Source of the DNA: Chlorobiota bacterium
GTDB taxonomy: Bacteria > Bacteroidota > Ignavibacteria > Kapaibacteriales > NICIL-2
NCBI GenBank assembly: GCA_037440485.1
Contig: JBBIUD010000001.1
Location: forward strand, 1 to 26,205
Reading direction: 5' to 3'
Length of the DNA: 26,205 nt
A program made the position numbers and the translations under genes. Each line of letters begins with the position of its first letter. Positions within the stretch are counted from its first letter, which is position 1. The notes below the pieces were generated by a model. That model searched no databases, was not told where the DNA came from, and was given only the letters and a program-made list of their open reading frames with translations. Below are positions 1-9,186 of the stretch, piece after piece.

Positions 1-2
1 TA

Positions 3-950
3 ACTGGTGCCGATTCACTCGATCAGCGGCAAGTGAATGCAGCGTTCATCAAAAATGGTTTGTACGTCGTCCCGTTACCATCGGTAGTGTACGAAGGGAC
101 GTCGCCGATGCTCTATGCGTATCTGGAGCTGTACAATCTCGATCAGTGTCGTTGCGATAGTATTGATCTGCGGTATCACATCCTCGATGCTGCGCTCAAT
201 GAGGTGTTCGATCTGCGGTTCCGACGTCCGGTCGTTGGGAACGGTCAAGCAGAAGTCGTAGCGGTTGCGCTCGATGGGCTTGCCAGCGGTTCGTACTACC
301 TGTCTGTTGGAGTGGAGCGTCCCGATAAAACCGAGCTGACTGTTGCACGGCAACAATTTTACGTCGTCAATCCTGAATTGCCACCCGAACAGCCCCGCTT
401 GCTCAGTGAAGATGAACTTTTTTTACAGAGTCCGTTTTCAACCATGGACGAACAGCAACTTGCAACTGAAGTTGCTTCGGCACGCCTTGTCGCACGACCT
501 GGAGAGCTGGAATCCTATGAACAGCTCACAACTCTGGTCTCACGGCGTCGGTATCTGTTCCGTTTTTGGCTTCAGCACGATCCAGATCCGACAACGCCCG
601 TCAATGAACGCTACGAGGAATTCAGAAAAGCGCGAGAGTATGCAGCGAAGTATTATCGCACATCACGGTATCCTGAGGGCTGGAACAGCGACCGCGGTCG
701 GGTTTTGCTCAAGTACGGTTTCCCATCGCAAATTGATCGTGCCTATTTCAACATGGATGGTGCCCACCCACACGAGATTTGGCGCTACGACAACGTTCAA
801 GGTGGTGTCATTTTTGTCTTTGTTGACCAGCAAGGTACGGAAAATTTTATTCTCGTCCATTCCACTGCGCTCAACGAAATTCGGAACGAAAATTGGTACC
901 GGCAGTTTGCTATGCCGAATTACCTCGACCCTAATGCACCGATTCGATAG
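3..950 (+). CDS. GWxTD domain-containing protein (5' truncated by window edge)
   Basis: Frame is open from base 3 (ACT GGT GCC GAT...) into the 33..950 ORF. It contains the family signature EGWNSDRGRVLLKYGFP, preceded by FWLQHDPDPTTPVNE and followed by EIWRYD...FVFVD. Confidence 0.85.
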   Translation, partial: TGADSLDQRQVNAAFIKNGLYVVPLPSVVYEGTSPMLYAYLELYNLDQCRCDSIDLRYHILDAALNEVFDLRFRRPVVGNGQAEVVAVALDGLASGSYYLSVGVERPDKTELTVARQQFYVVNPELPPEQPRLLSEDELFLQSPFSTMDEQQLATEVASARLVARPGELESYEQLTTLVSRRRYLFRFWLQHDPDPTTPVNERYEEFRKAREYAAKYYRTSRYPEGWNSDRGRVLLKYGFPSQIDRAYFNMDGAHPHEIWRYDNVQGGVIFVFVDQQGTENFILVHSTALNEIRNENWYRQFAMPNYLDPNAPIR

Positions 951-958
951 CAGTTAGC

Positions 959-1828
959 ATGATTAGATTGCTGCTACGGGGTCTTGGATGGCTTACCTGG
1001 CGTATCGGAATGCGTGGACGTCGAATTCTTGCAGCAATCGTGGGATCAGTGTTGTACTATGCCGTCGGTTCGCGCCGCCGATTGACGATCGAAAATGTGC
1101 GCCGGGCTTATCCGACTGAAGACAGGAGCACGGTTACCTCGATCGCTCGGAGGAGCTACAGCAATTTGGTGACCGTGTTTGCGGAATTGTTAGCGACACC
1201 ATACCTTTCGACCCATGAGATTCATGCTGCATTCCGGTTTGTCAATCCAGACGTGGTGCATCGAGCACAGGCAGAAGGGAATGGCATTATACTGTTGAGC
1301 GCTCATCTTGCGAACTGGGAATGGTCTGCACTCGCTGCAGCTATTGAGTTTGGCACTCCGCTGATGGTTATTGTTAAAATCCAGCGCAATCGCGGCTTCA
1401 ATGCATGGCTCGATGATGTTCGGCGTCGTACGGGTAATCACACTGTGCCAATGGATAAGGCAGCACGTCCAATGGTACGGTGGCTGCAACAGGGTGGCAT
1501 CGTTGCACTACTTGGCGATCAAGCAGCCGAGCCGGCAAGCGATGTATTTGCGCCATTGTTTGGCTATCCCGCAGTTACGTATAAAGCACCAGTAATACTT
1601 GCACGCCGTACTGGTGCACCCATTGTTTTTGCATATTGCCGGCGAACCAGCTCGGGAATCTACGATGTTTTTTTTGAACGCATCGCTACAGCTAATGACA
1701 AAAACACACCCATTGAATCGGTCGTCGCTGAGTACAACTACAAACTCGAAGCAGCAATACGCCAGGCTCCAGAACAATGGGTATGGCAACACAATCGTTG
1801 GAAGTATCAACCACCAGACATTCGATGA
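959..1828 (+). CDS. Lipid A biosynthesis acyltransferase family protein (LpxL/HtrB-like lysophospholipid acyltransferase)
   Basis: 289 aa with N-terminal hydrophobic helix, catalytic H-x4-E motif (HLANWE), LGDQ motif and C-terminal PEQWVWQHNRWK. Exact substrate cannot be read from sequence. Confidence 0.85.
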   Translation: MIRLLLRGLGWLTWRIGMRGRRILAAIVGSVLYYAVGSRRRLTIENVRRAYPTEDRSTVTSIARRSYSNLVTVFAELLATPYLSTHEIHAAFRFVNPDVVHRAQAEGNGIILLSAHLANWEWSALAAAIEFGTPLMVIVKIQRNRGFNAWLDDVRRRTGNHTVPMDKAARPMVRWLQQGGIVALLGDQAAEPASDVFAPLFGYPAVTYKAPVILARRTGAPIVFAYCRRTSSGIYDVFFERIATANDKNTPIESVVAEYNYKLEAAIRQAPEQWVWQHNRWKYQPPDIR

Positions 1829-2613
1829 AAATCTCACTTGACGGACATACCGCACTCGTAGGAGGTGCTACCAGTGGGATTGGATGGGCAATAGCCGAGG
1901 CGCTTGCGAGCGCTGGTGCCCGTGTCGTGCTTGTAGCCCGCAATGCCGAGCGGCTAACCGATCGTGTCCAATCACTCGAAGCAAAAACTGCTCGAAAGCA
2001 TGATGCGATTATGGCAAACTACGACAACCCCAGCGATATTGCTACAATCATCGAAACACTCCAGAGCAAACAATTGCAGCCCGATATCATCATCAACAAT
2101 GCCGGAGGACCATCACCGGGCGCTATCGTATCTGCAGAACGCGATGAGTTTCATCGAGCACTCGATCGGCTGATCCTTGCGACACATGCACTGATCCAGG
2201 CATGTCTGCCGACGATGCAGAAGCTACACTGGGGAAGAATCATCAACATTATCTCCACGTCGGTTCGGCAGCCGATCGAAGGACTTGGCGTTTCTAACAC
2301 AATTCGAGCGGCAACAGCAGCATGGGCGAAAACACTCTCACTCGAGCTTGCACCGCTGGGTATTACTGTCAACAGTATTCTCCCCGGAGCAACGCGGACT
2401 AAGCGACTGGAGGATCTGATACGACGTCGAGCGCAACAACAGGGCGTAGATCCTGATGTCATTGCCGAGCAAATGCGCCAAGAAATTCCGATGAGACGGT
2501 TTGCCGAACCCTCAGAAATTGCAGCGTTGGCGGTTTTCCTCTGCTCCGATTATGCCGCGTACATTACCGGTGAGTGCATCCGCGTTGATGGGGGACGGAC
2601 GCGCTGTCTCTAA
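1825..2613 (+). CDS. Short-chain dehydrogenase/reductase, 3-oxoacyl-ACP reductase-like atypical subgroup
   Basis: ATG at 1825 overlaps the upstream stop (ATGA) and is preferred over the 1777 start. Motifs: Rossmann GGATSGIG, NNAGG, SNTIR in place of YxxxK, VNSILPG, and C-terminal YITGECIRVDGG. Confidence 0.88.
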   Translation: MKISLDGHTALVGGATSGIGWAIAEALASAGARVVLVARNAERLTDRVQSLEAKTARKHDAIMANYDNPSDIATIIETLQSKQLQPDIIINNAGGPSPGAIVSAERDEFHRALDRLILATHALIQACLPTMQKLHWGRIINIISTSVRQPIEGLGVSNTIRAATAAWAKTLSLELAPLGITVNSILPGATRTKRLEDLIRRRAQQQGVDPDVIAEQMRQEIPMRRFAEPSEIAALAVFLCSDYAAYITGECIRVDGGRTRCL

Positions 2614-2615
2614 CG

Positions 2616-2646
2616 AAAAAAGCGATGCTCACCACGAGCACCGCTT
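2616..2646 (-). terminator. Intrinsic terminator downstream of tRNA-fMet
   Basis: Plus strand reads AAAAA-AGCG-A-TGCTC-ACCAC-GAGCA-C-CGCTT. On the minus strand this is a 10-bp hairpin whose 3' end runs into a U6 tract, about 10 nt past the tRNA 3' end. Confidence 0.72.
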
Positions 2647-2655
2647 CACAAGGAG

Positions 2656-2728
<73 letters not shown>

Positions 2729-2742
2729 GTCAATTTGCATTG

Positions 2743-2750
2743 CAAAAATA
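2743..2750 (-). promoter_or_regulatory. Bacteroidota-type -7 promoter element (TAnnTTTG) for tRNA-fMet
   Basis: Minus strand reads cgTATTTTTGca, ending 14 nt before the tRNA 5' end, with a TTG 21 nt upstream of it. Confidence 0.6.
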
Positions 2751-2795
2751 CGCAATCTTTGTTCAATTCTGCAACAGCTTGTTAGAAACGGAAAC

Positions 2796-2803
2796 TAATT
2801 TTG
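2796..2803 (+). promoter_or_regulatory. Bacteroidota-type -7 promoter element (TAnnTTTG) for pheT
   Basis: TAATTTTGcg about 30 nt upstream of the ATG at 2833, divergent from the tRNA promoter. Confidence 0.55.
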
Positions 2804-2832
2804 CGCGTGCATTTTTCCAGACGCTTCCGAAT

Positions 2833-5229
2833 ATGCGTATTCTTCGCTCTTGGTTATGCGACTATGTTGATTGGACCGGTGATGTCAGTGAACTTTCAGC
2901 AATTCTGACCAAAACCGGGATTGAGGTCGAAGCGATTGAACACGTTGGTTTTGATGCAAACGGTGTTGTCGCTGCTCGTGTAGTCGAGGTTAGTCCCCAT
3001 CCGAATGCGCAACGTCTGCGTCGCTGCGTTGTCTTTGATGGAACCAACCATTATCCAGTTGTGTGCGGTGCTCCGAATGTCGCTGCTGAGCAGATTGTCG
3101 CGTTTGCGGCTGTTGGCGCTCGATTGCCCGACGGCACCATCATTTCCACGCGAACAATTCGCGGCGTTGAATCTCAAGGGATGATTTGCTCTGCCGCAGA
3201 ACTTGGGCTTGGGGATGACCACGATGGCATTCTTGTTCTCGACCAGAGCATCAAGCCTGGCACAGTGCTTCGCGAGATATTTCCACCTGATGTTGTGCTG
3301 GAAATAGGCATAACCCCTAATCGCGCCGATGCACTCTCACACTTTGGCATTGCCAGAATTCTTGCCAGTAGCGGCGCCATGACGGCAAAACTGCCGACGG
3401 TGCACGTGCACGCTGATTTTGCTGCACCCTGCGTTGTTGAGCTTCCAGAGCCTGACCTCTGTTGGCGATACGCTGCTCGTGTGCTCGATGATGTCACTGT
3501 CGGTCCATCGCCGCGATGGCTCCAAATGCGACTTGAGCGCGTGGGACTACGCCCACGAAATGTTGTCGTTGATGTTACCAATTACGTCATGCTTGAGTGT
3601 GGGCAGCCGTTGCATGCATTCGACTTCGACACCGTCGAGGAACGGCGCATTATTGTACGACGTGCGCAGCCAGATGAAACAGACTTTGTGACACTCGATG
3701 GTGTCCAACGATGCGTTGATACTTCGATGCTCTGCATTTGCGATTCGAGCAAGCCGCTTGCAATTGCGGGCATCATGGGTGGTGCAAATTCAGCAATCAG
3801 CGCCTCGACAAAACGTGTACTCCTGGAGTCAGCGTTTTTCTTACCTTCATCCATTCGACGGACTGCTAAATCACTCGGGCTGCAGACAGATGCATCGTAT
3901 CGCTTTGAGCGTGGTGCAGACATCGAAATGATTCCCTACGCACTCGATCGCGCTGCAGCACTTATTGCCGAACTGACGGGTGCTCGAGTTTCTGAACGGG
4001 TGGATAACTATCCACGCTACTGGCATGCTCCGGTGATCTCGCTGCGATTTTCCAGAACCGAGCGGATACTCGGTGCAAAGCTCGACCACGATTTTGTTGC
4101 TGCATCGCTCGAACGAGCAGGCTACACGATTCAATCACGCGATGATGAAAAACTCACCGTTTGCGTTCCATCGTACCGAAGGGATGTGAGTGCAGAAATT
4201 GATGTGATCGAGGATGTTGCGATCGCATGTGGTTACGATGCAATTGAACCATCGCGTCAAGCTGTTATCCCATTTTCGGCACAAGCAATTCCACCCTCAC
4301 TCCGTGTACCACCGCAGCGAGATGAGTTGCGCAGATTTCTTTCGTCGCTCGGTTTTTATGAGACGCTCAGTTTTAACCTGGAAGCTCCCGAAACAGCACT
4401 CAATGCCGGTGCAACAGTTGAGGTTGCCAATGCACTCGGACGCGAACGAAGCGTGCTTCGCCAATGGTTATTGCCATCAATGCTGGATAATCTTTCCCGC
4501 AATGCACGCTATGGAGCGACCAGCATTCGATTATTCGAGATTGGCAAGACATTTTGGCGTAATACATCGAACAACAGCATAGTCAGCGAACACGAACATC
4601 TTGCTATCGCGATTGCTGGACTTGCTGCCGAGCGTCACTGGCTTGAACACGAACGGAAAGCCGACCTATTCGATCTCAAAGGTCTCGTTGACGCAATCCT
4701 CAGCAAGTTCGGCGTGCAATACGAGTGGTCTGAGTTACAGCCCGATACGTATCAACAGTGGCTTCAAGAGCCAATTCTCGGCATCGTTGTTGGAACAATG
4801 CCTATTGGTTATCTGGCGCAATTCAATGCGGCTTGTGTAGAAAAGTTCGACCTTCCGGACACGACGTTCGTCGCTGAGATAACGCTTGATGCGCTGTACA
4901 CAACTCAACAGCAGCGGCGTTGGCACTACACTCCACCATCTCCTTACCCTGAAGTTGTACGCGATGTGGCAGTAGTCGTTGAGCACAGAGTACCGAGTGC
5001 AATGTTAGAACAGGCAATCGTCAGCTCTGCGGGGCCGCTTTTGCGAAGCGTCAAGCCATTCGATGTTTTTGTCCATCCATCATTGGGCGAAGACAAAAAG
5101 AGCATAGCGTTTCGGCTGACGTTCAGCTCGCCAGAGCGAACACTGACCGATGACGACGTCAACGCAGCACTTGAACACGTATTCGATGCCCTTGCAAGCC
5201 AATTCAATGCACAGTTACGCACATCCTAA
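2833..5229 (+). CDS. pheT: Phenylalanine--tRNA ligase beta subunit
   Basis: Begins MRILRSWLCDYV. Contains the tRNA-binding OB fold (HPNAQRL...VCGAPNV...RGVESQGMICS), B3/4 (ITPNRADALSHFGIAR, NVVVDVTNYVMLECGQPLHAFD, RFERG), B5 and the C-terminal ferredoxin-fold anticodon-binding domain. The track start at 2671 runs through the tRNA and is rejected. Confidence 0.97.
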   Translation: MRILRSWLCDYVDWTGDVSELSAILTKTGIEVEAIEHVGFDANGVVAARVVEVSPHPNAQRLRRCVVFDGTNHYPVVCGAPNVAAEQIVAFAAVGARLPDGTIISTRTIRGVESQGMICSAAELGLGDDHDGILVLDQSIKPGTVLREIFPPDVVLEIGITPNRADALSHFGIARILASSGAMTAKLPTVHVHADFAAPCVVELPEPDLCWRYAARVLDDVTVGPSPRWLQMRLERVGLRPRNVVVDVTNYVMLECGQPLHAFDFDTVEERRIIVRRAQPDETDFVTLDGVQRCVDTSMLCICDSSKPLAIAGIMGGANSAISASTKRVLLESAFFLPSSIRRTAKSLGLQTDASYRFERGADIEMIPYALDRAAALIAELTGARVSERVDNYPRYWHAPVISLRFSRTERILGAKLDHDFVAASLERAGYTIQSRDDEKLTVCVPSYRRDVSAEIDVIEDVAIACGYDAIEPSRQAVIPFSAQAIPPSLRVPPQRDELRRFLSSLGFYETLSFNLEAPETALNAGATVEVANALGRERSVLRQWLLPSMLDNLSRNARYGATSIRLFEIGKTFWRNTSNNSIVSEHEHLAIAIAGLAAERHWLEHERKADLFDLKGLVDAILSKFGVQYEWSELQPDTYQQWLQEPILGIVVGTMPIGYLAQFNAACVEKFDLPDTTFVAEITLDALYTTQQQRRWHYTPPSPYPEVVRDVAVVVEHRVPSAMLEQAIVSSAGPLLRSVKPFDVFVHPSLGEDKKSIAFRLTFSSPERTLTDDDVNAALEHVFDALASQFNAQLRTS

Positions 5230-5237
5230 CATCGAAG

Positions 5238-6833
5238 GTGAAAGCAATGGAAACGATGCCCGATTCTCTGCATGCTGATCTTGAGCAGCTCTGGAAGCAG
5301 GTCTATAGTGCTGGCGCTCTCATCAAGACATTTGCCGAACAGTTGCGTGCCTCCCGGGATGCAGTGCGCAAACTGGAAACGGAAGTTGCCAGTCTTTCGG
5401 CTCAACTACGAAGCCGAGAGGAACAGTTGGATTCAATGCGGATGGAGTTCGATCATATCGAGGAACTCCGTACTGCGCTGAGCAAAGCAGAAGGAGATCT
5501 CCAGGCTGCGCACGTAACCATTGCTCAGCTCCGTGAGCATTTGACACAGGTAGAGCAGCAGCATCACGATGCAGAGCGGTTGCAGCAGCAAGTCGAGCGC
5601 CTCCGCAACGAACTATCCACGCTCCAACAGCAATATGCAGCACTGACCGACGATTATCGTACTGCACAAGAAACGATTGCATCGTTGAACACGTTCGAGG
5701 AAGAACGCGCTAATCTCCAGGCAAAGATTGCCGAACTTGAGCATGAGCATTTACGTAGTGTAGCTGCCAGAGAGGAGCTTGCGTATCTGCGGGAACAGAT
5801 CGAACAACTCCATCAGGAGCGCGAGCACCTTTTGCAGTCGCTCCAACAGCAAAAGCACGAGATAGAGCTGTTGACTAAGCGCAGCCAAGAATACGAACAC
5901 CTTCAAAGAGAGCTTGATTCTGCCAAGCATACGATTGCGTCCTACCAGGAAAAACTTACTGCCTGCGAAGCAGACATTGCTCGACTCAGCGAACAACTAC
6001 GCCAGGCAGAATCTGCTCTATCGGCGGCAACCCCTGATGCACAATTTGCGCGCTGGAAAGCTGAGCAGGAAGAACTTCTCCGGTCACGCGAGCTGGAACA
6101 TCAACGCTTGCAAGAACAATATCAGGCGCTGGAGCAACAGCTTGCGCGTTTACGCGAAGAGCTGGAATCCCAACGCCAACTGAATACAGAACTTGAACAC
6201 CAGCTCAAAGACCAGCGTCAGGATCAACACCCACAGTCGGCTGATGCGATAGAAGAGGAGTTGATCTCCCTTCGACGCGAGTTAGAGCTTGCTGAGCGTG
6301 CATCGGCTCAGCGTCAGGAGCAACTGAACGAACTGTCCGATGAAATCGCACGCTTGCGAAAACAGATCCTCGAGTATCAGCAAAACGATAAGTCCATCGA
6401 ACAGCGCATTACCGAGGCAATTTCTCCGCTGGAAATCAAGCTTCAAGCCGCTGAACGCGAACGCAAACATCTTCAAGTCCAGCTTATGTCACAGCGTCAG
6501 CGCATTCATCAGCTTGAAGACCAGATTCGGATTGAACTGGAACGAAATATTGTTCTCAAACGCCGAATTCGTCAGCTTGAAGGGCAGCCACCGAAAGTAC
6601 AGATTGAACACATCGTCGAACAGCTCGATCAGCTTGTCGAAGCACTCCGCTCGCAGGCAGAGCATTCCCAGCAGCAGGTGGGGCTGGCACCGCCGGTGGA
6701 AGAGGTGACATCGCTCATTGAGCGAATCGAGAAAGTTGTGTCGTACCACCACCGGTCCATTGACGATGAACTGCTCGAAGCGGTCAAGCAATCGCGAGCA
6801 TTGTTAGAGCAGCAGTTGAAGAAGTCAGACTGA
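5238..6833 (+). CDS. Long coiled-coil protein at the ZapB-like position upstream of zapA
   Basis: 531 aa, very E/Q/L/R rich with near-continuous heptad character and no P-loop or hinge. Alternative ATG starts at 5247 and 5256. Confidence 0.8.
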   Translation: MKAMETMPDSLHADLEQLWKQVYSAGALIKTFAEQLRASRDAVRKLETEVASLSAQLRSREEQLDSMRMEFDHIEELRTALSKAEGDLQAAHVTIAQLREHLTQVEQQHHDAERLQQQVERLRNELSTLQQQYAALTDDYRTAQETIASLNTFEEERANLQAKIAELEHEHLRSVAAREELAYLREQIEQLHQEREHLLQSLQQQKHEIELLTKRSQEYEHLQRELDSAKHTIASYQEKLTACEADIARLSEQLRQAESALSAATPDAQFARWKAEQEELLRSRELEHQRLQEQYQALEQQLARLREELESQRQLNTELEHQLKDQRQDQHPQSADAIEEELISLRRELELAERASAQRQEQLNELSDEIARLRKQILEYQQNDKSIEQRITEAISPLEIKLQAAERERKHLQVQLMSQRQRIHQLEDQIRIELERNIVLKRRIRQLEGQPPKVQIEHIVEQLDQLVEALRSQAEHSQQQVGLAPPVEEVTSLIERIEKVVSYHHRSIDDELLEAVKQSRALLEQQLKKSD

Positions 6834-6893
6834 TACTGGTTGCTGTGTACAACATTCAACATTATTTTCCGTTTAGTTGATCGGTCAAGTTCG

Positions 6894-6901
6894 TAAATTT
6901 G
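6894..6901 (+). promoter_or_regulatory. Bacteroidota-type -7 promoter element for zapA
   Basis: cgTAAATTTG about 30 nt upstream of the ATG at 6931, in an AT-rich intergenic gap. Confidence 0.55.
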
Positions 6902-6930
6902 ACCAGTGCAACGATGATCAACCCGATTCC

Positions 6931-7230
6931 ATGATGACGACGGTGACTGTAACGATCAGTGGACGGCAATTTCGATTACGGTGCGATAATCAAGAGCGTA
7001 CACTCCGCGCGGCAGCAGAGGTCGAGCGATTGCTTGAGCTGCTGCGGCATGACTCTGCTGATCAATCAACACCGACGCTTGCGTTCCTAACTGCACTCAA
7101 TCTTGCCGAACAACAAGAAGCGCTCAACGAACACCATCGCCACACAATCGAATATCTACGTCAGCAACTCAACTCGATGAGTGCATACCTTCGTGACGCA
7201 ATTGAAAGCGCGGTTGAAGCAGCAGCATAG
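6931..7230 (+). CDS. zapA: Cell division protein ZapA
   Basis: 99 aa. VTVTISGRQFRLRC...LRAAAEVERLL...LAFLTALNLAE followed by a coiled tail matches the ZapA pattern. It sits in the typical zapA-6S-rny context. Confidence 0.88.
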   Translation: MMTTVTVTISGRQFRLRCDNQERTLRAAAEVERLLELLRHDSADQSTPTLAFLTALNLAEQQEALNEHHRHTIEYLRQQLNSMSAYLRDAIESAVEAAA

Positions 7231-7290
7231 AAATACGCAGAGTTGCCATCCGGCAGTGACGGTCACCTGATCTTTGGAAAACCAACATTG

Positions 7291-7532
7291 ATGCGAGCCG
7301 TACTGCATCATCGTTGCACACGCGTAGCGAAGAACCGATACGTTTGAGGCAGGGAAATAGGCTCCGCATCCCAATGGCAGACTGCACCGTACCTCAGCGT
7401 ACGGCCATTGTACTATGGCGGCAGGAGCCAGCGGCATGCGGGCTATTACCCACTGTGTGCTGAAGGGTTCTTGCGATACCCGTAGTCGCCACTGGAGGCG
7501 GACGATGACTGAAGTACGGCTCGTGTTTTTTT
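7291..7532 (+). ncRNA. ssrS: 6S RNA
   Basis: Rod-like fold read by eye. Closing stem ATGCGAGCCGTACT (7291-7304) pairs with AGTACGGCTCGTGT (7513-7526). TCATCGT pairs with ACGATGA. AAGAACC (7330-7336) pairs with GGTTCTT (7466-7472). A central bubble of 15/14 nt follows, then GGGAAATAG/CTATTACCC, CCGCAT/ATGCGG and CAATGGC/GCCATTG. It ends in a T7 tract, at the conserved position between zapA and rny. Confidence 0.85.
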
Positions 7533-7561
7533 ATCATGTCCCATAACATCCGACAGAAGCA

Positions 7562-9124
7562 ATGGAATACATGACAACACTAGTTCTAAGCGTCATTGGC
7601 TTAGTCCTCGGTTTTGGTATCGCATATTTTGCGGGCACACGCGCAGCAAAAGGCATTATTGCGGACGCCCGCGAAAAGGCAAAATCAATTCTCGAGGAAG
7701 CAGAAAAAGACGCACGTTCGCTCAAGAAAGAAAAGCTCATTGAAGCTAAAGAGGAGCTGCACAAAAAACGCCAAGAACTGGAAAAAGAATTTGCCGCTCG
7801 TCGCAATAAACTCCAACAGCAAGAAAAGCAGATCGCCAGCCGAGAGGAAGCTATCGAAAACAAACTGGAGTTGATTGCACGCAAGGAAAAGCAAATCCAA
7901 CAAACTGACCAGGAGATTCAACGGAAGCAGCGCCTGATTGAACAAAAACTCAAAGAGGCAGAAGCGCTTGTTGCCGAGCAGAATCAACGTCTCGAACGTA
8001 TCACGGGTATGTCACAGGAGGATGCGAAGCGCTATTTGATCGAGAATATGGTCAACGAGGCTCGCGCAGAAGCTGCTCTTCTGGTCAAGCAAATTCGTGA
8101 TGAGGCGCGCCAGCAAGCACAACGCGAAGCGCAAAAGCTTATCATCGAAGCAATTCAGCGGACAGCGTCCGATCATTGCGTCGAGACGACAGTCTCGGTG
8201 GTGACGCTTGCCAGCGAGGAACTCAAAGGTCGCATTATTGGCAAGGAAGGACGCAACATCCGTGCATTCGAATCTGCAACGGGTGTGGATTTGATTATTG
8301 ATGACACACCAGAAGCGGTTGCTATCTCAGCGTTTGATCCCTACCGTCGCGAGGTTGCTCGCATTGCTTTAGAGCGCCTGCTTGCTGATGGACGGATACA
8401 TCCAGCGCGCATCGAAGAAATAGTCGAAAAAGTCCGCAAAGAAGTTGACGAAGAGATCGTTCGTGCCGGGGAGCATGCCGTCATGGAGCTTGGCATTCAC
8501 AACATGCATCCGGAACTGATACGGCATGTTGGTAAAATGAAGTTTCGCTCTAGTTATGGGCAAAATCTACTGGCACACTCTATCGAGGTTGCATTCCTGG
8601 CTGGGATTATGGCGTCAGAACTTGGTTTAGATGTCCATCACGCCAAGCGTGCTGGCTTACTCCACGATGTTGGGAAGGTTCTTGATCGAAACACCGATGG
8701 TCCTCACGCTCTGCTCGGAATGGAACTTGCTAAGCGATACCGCGAGCATCACATCGTATGCAACGCCATAGGTGCTCACCACGAAGACATCGAAATGGAA
8801 TCACCTATTGCGGTGCTGGTACAAGCAGCCGACTCCATTAGCGGGGCACGACCCGGTGCACGACGCGAGTCACTCGAACAGTACATCAAGCGTCTCGAAA
8901 AACTCGAAGAAATTGGTATGAGTTTCGATGGAGTGCAGAAAACATTTGCTATCCAAGCTGGGAGGGAAGTACGGGTCATCGTCGAACCTGAAAAAGTTGA
9001 CGATCTGACCGCTGATCAATTAGCAACGGAGATTGCCAAACGAATCGAACAGGAAATGGAATATCCAGGGCAAATTAGGGTCACCGTTATTCGCGAACGC
9101 CGAAGTTATGCTATTGCGAAATAG
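7562..9124 (+). CDS. rny: Ribonuclease Y
   Basis: N-terminal TM helix, coiled coil, KH domain (GRIIGKEGRNIRAFE), HD domain (HSIEVA...GLLHDVGK...ADSISGARPGARRE) and C-terminal AIQAGREVRV. Confidence 0.97.
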   Translation: MEYMTTLVLSVIGLVLGFGIAYFAGTRAAKGIIADAREKAKSILEEAEKDARSLKKEKLIEAKEELHKKRQELEKEFAARRNKLQQQEKQIASREEAIENKLELIARKEKQIQQTDQEIQRKQRLIEQKLKEAEALVAEQNQRLERITGMSQEDAKRYLIENMVNEARAEAALLVKQIRDEARQQAQREAQKLIIEAIQRTASDHCVETTVSVVTLASEELKGRIIGKEGRNIRAFESATGVDLIIDDTPEAVAISAFDPYRREVARIALERLLADGRIHPARIEEIVEKVRKEVDEEIVRAGEHAVMELGIHNMHPELIRHVGKMKFRSSYGQNLLAHSIEVAFLAGIMASELGLDVHHAKRAGLLHDVGKVLDRNTDGPHALLGMELAKRYREHHIVCNAIGAHHEDIEMESPIAVLVQAADSISGARPGARRESLEQYIKRLEKLEEIGMSFDGVQKTFAIQAGREVRVIVEPEKVDDLTADQLATEIAKRIEQEMEYPGQIRVTVIRERRSYAIAK

Positions 9125-9186
9125 TGTGTCGCGTTCGATCGGGACAAGTCGGAGCGCCGTGTTATGGTGCACTCTTGATCCATGAG

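Noticed and set aside
343-957. 204-aa alternative-frame ORF inside the GWxTD gene
   Set aside because: No recognisable motif, Ser/Arg-rich shadow composition, and fully overlapping a well-supported gene.
1825-2613. SDR lacking the catalytic YxxxK (SNTIR)
   Set aside because: Matches a known widespread atypical BKR-like SDR subgroup, so it is not evidence of a pseudogene or of novelty.
9125-9186. Imperfect hairpin between convergent rny and fliA as a bidirectional terminator
   Set aside because: The stem is bulged and has no U tract on either side, which is too weak to call.
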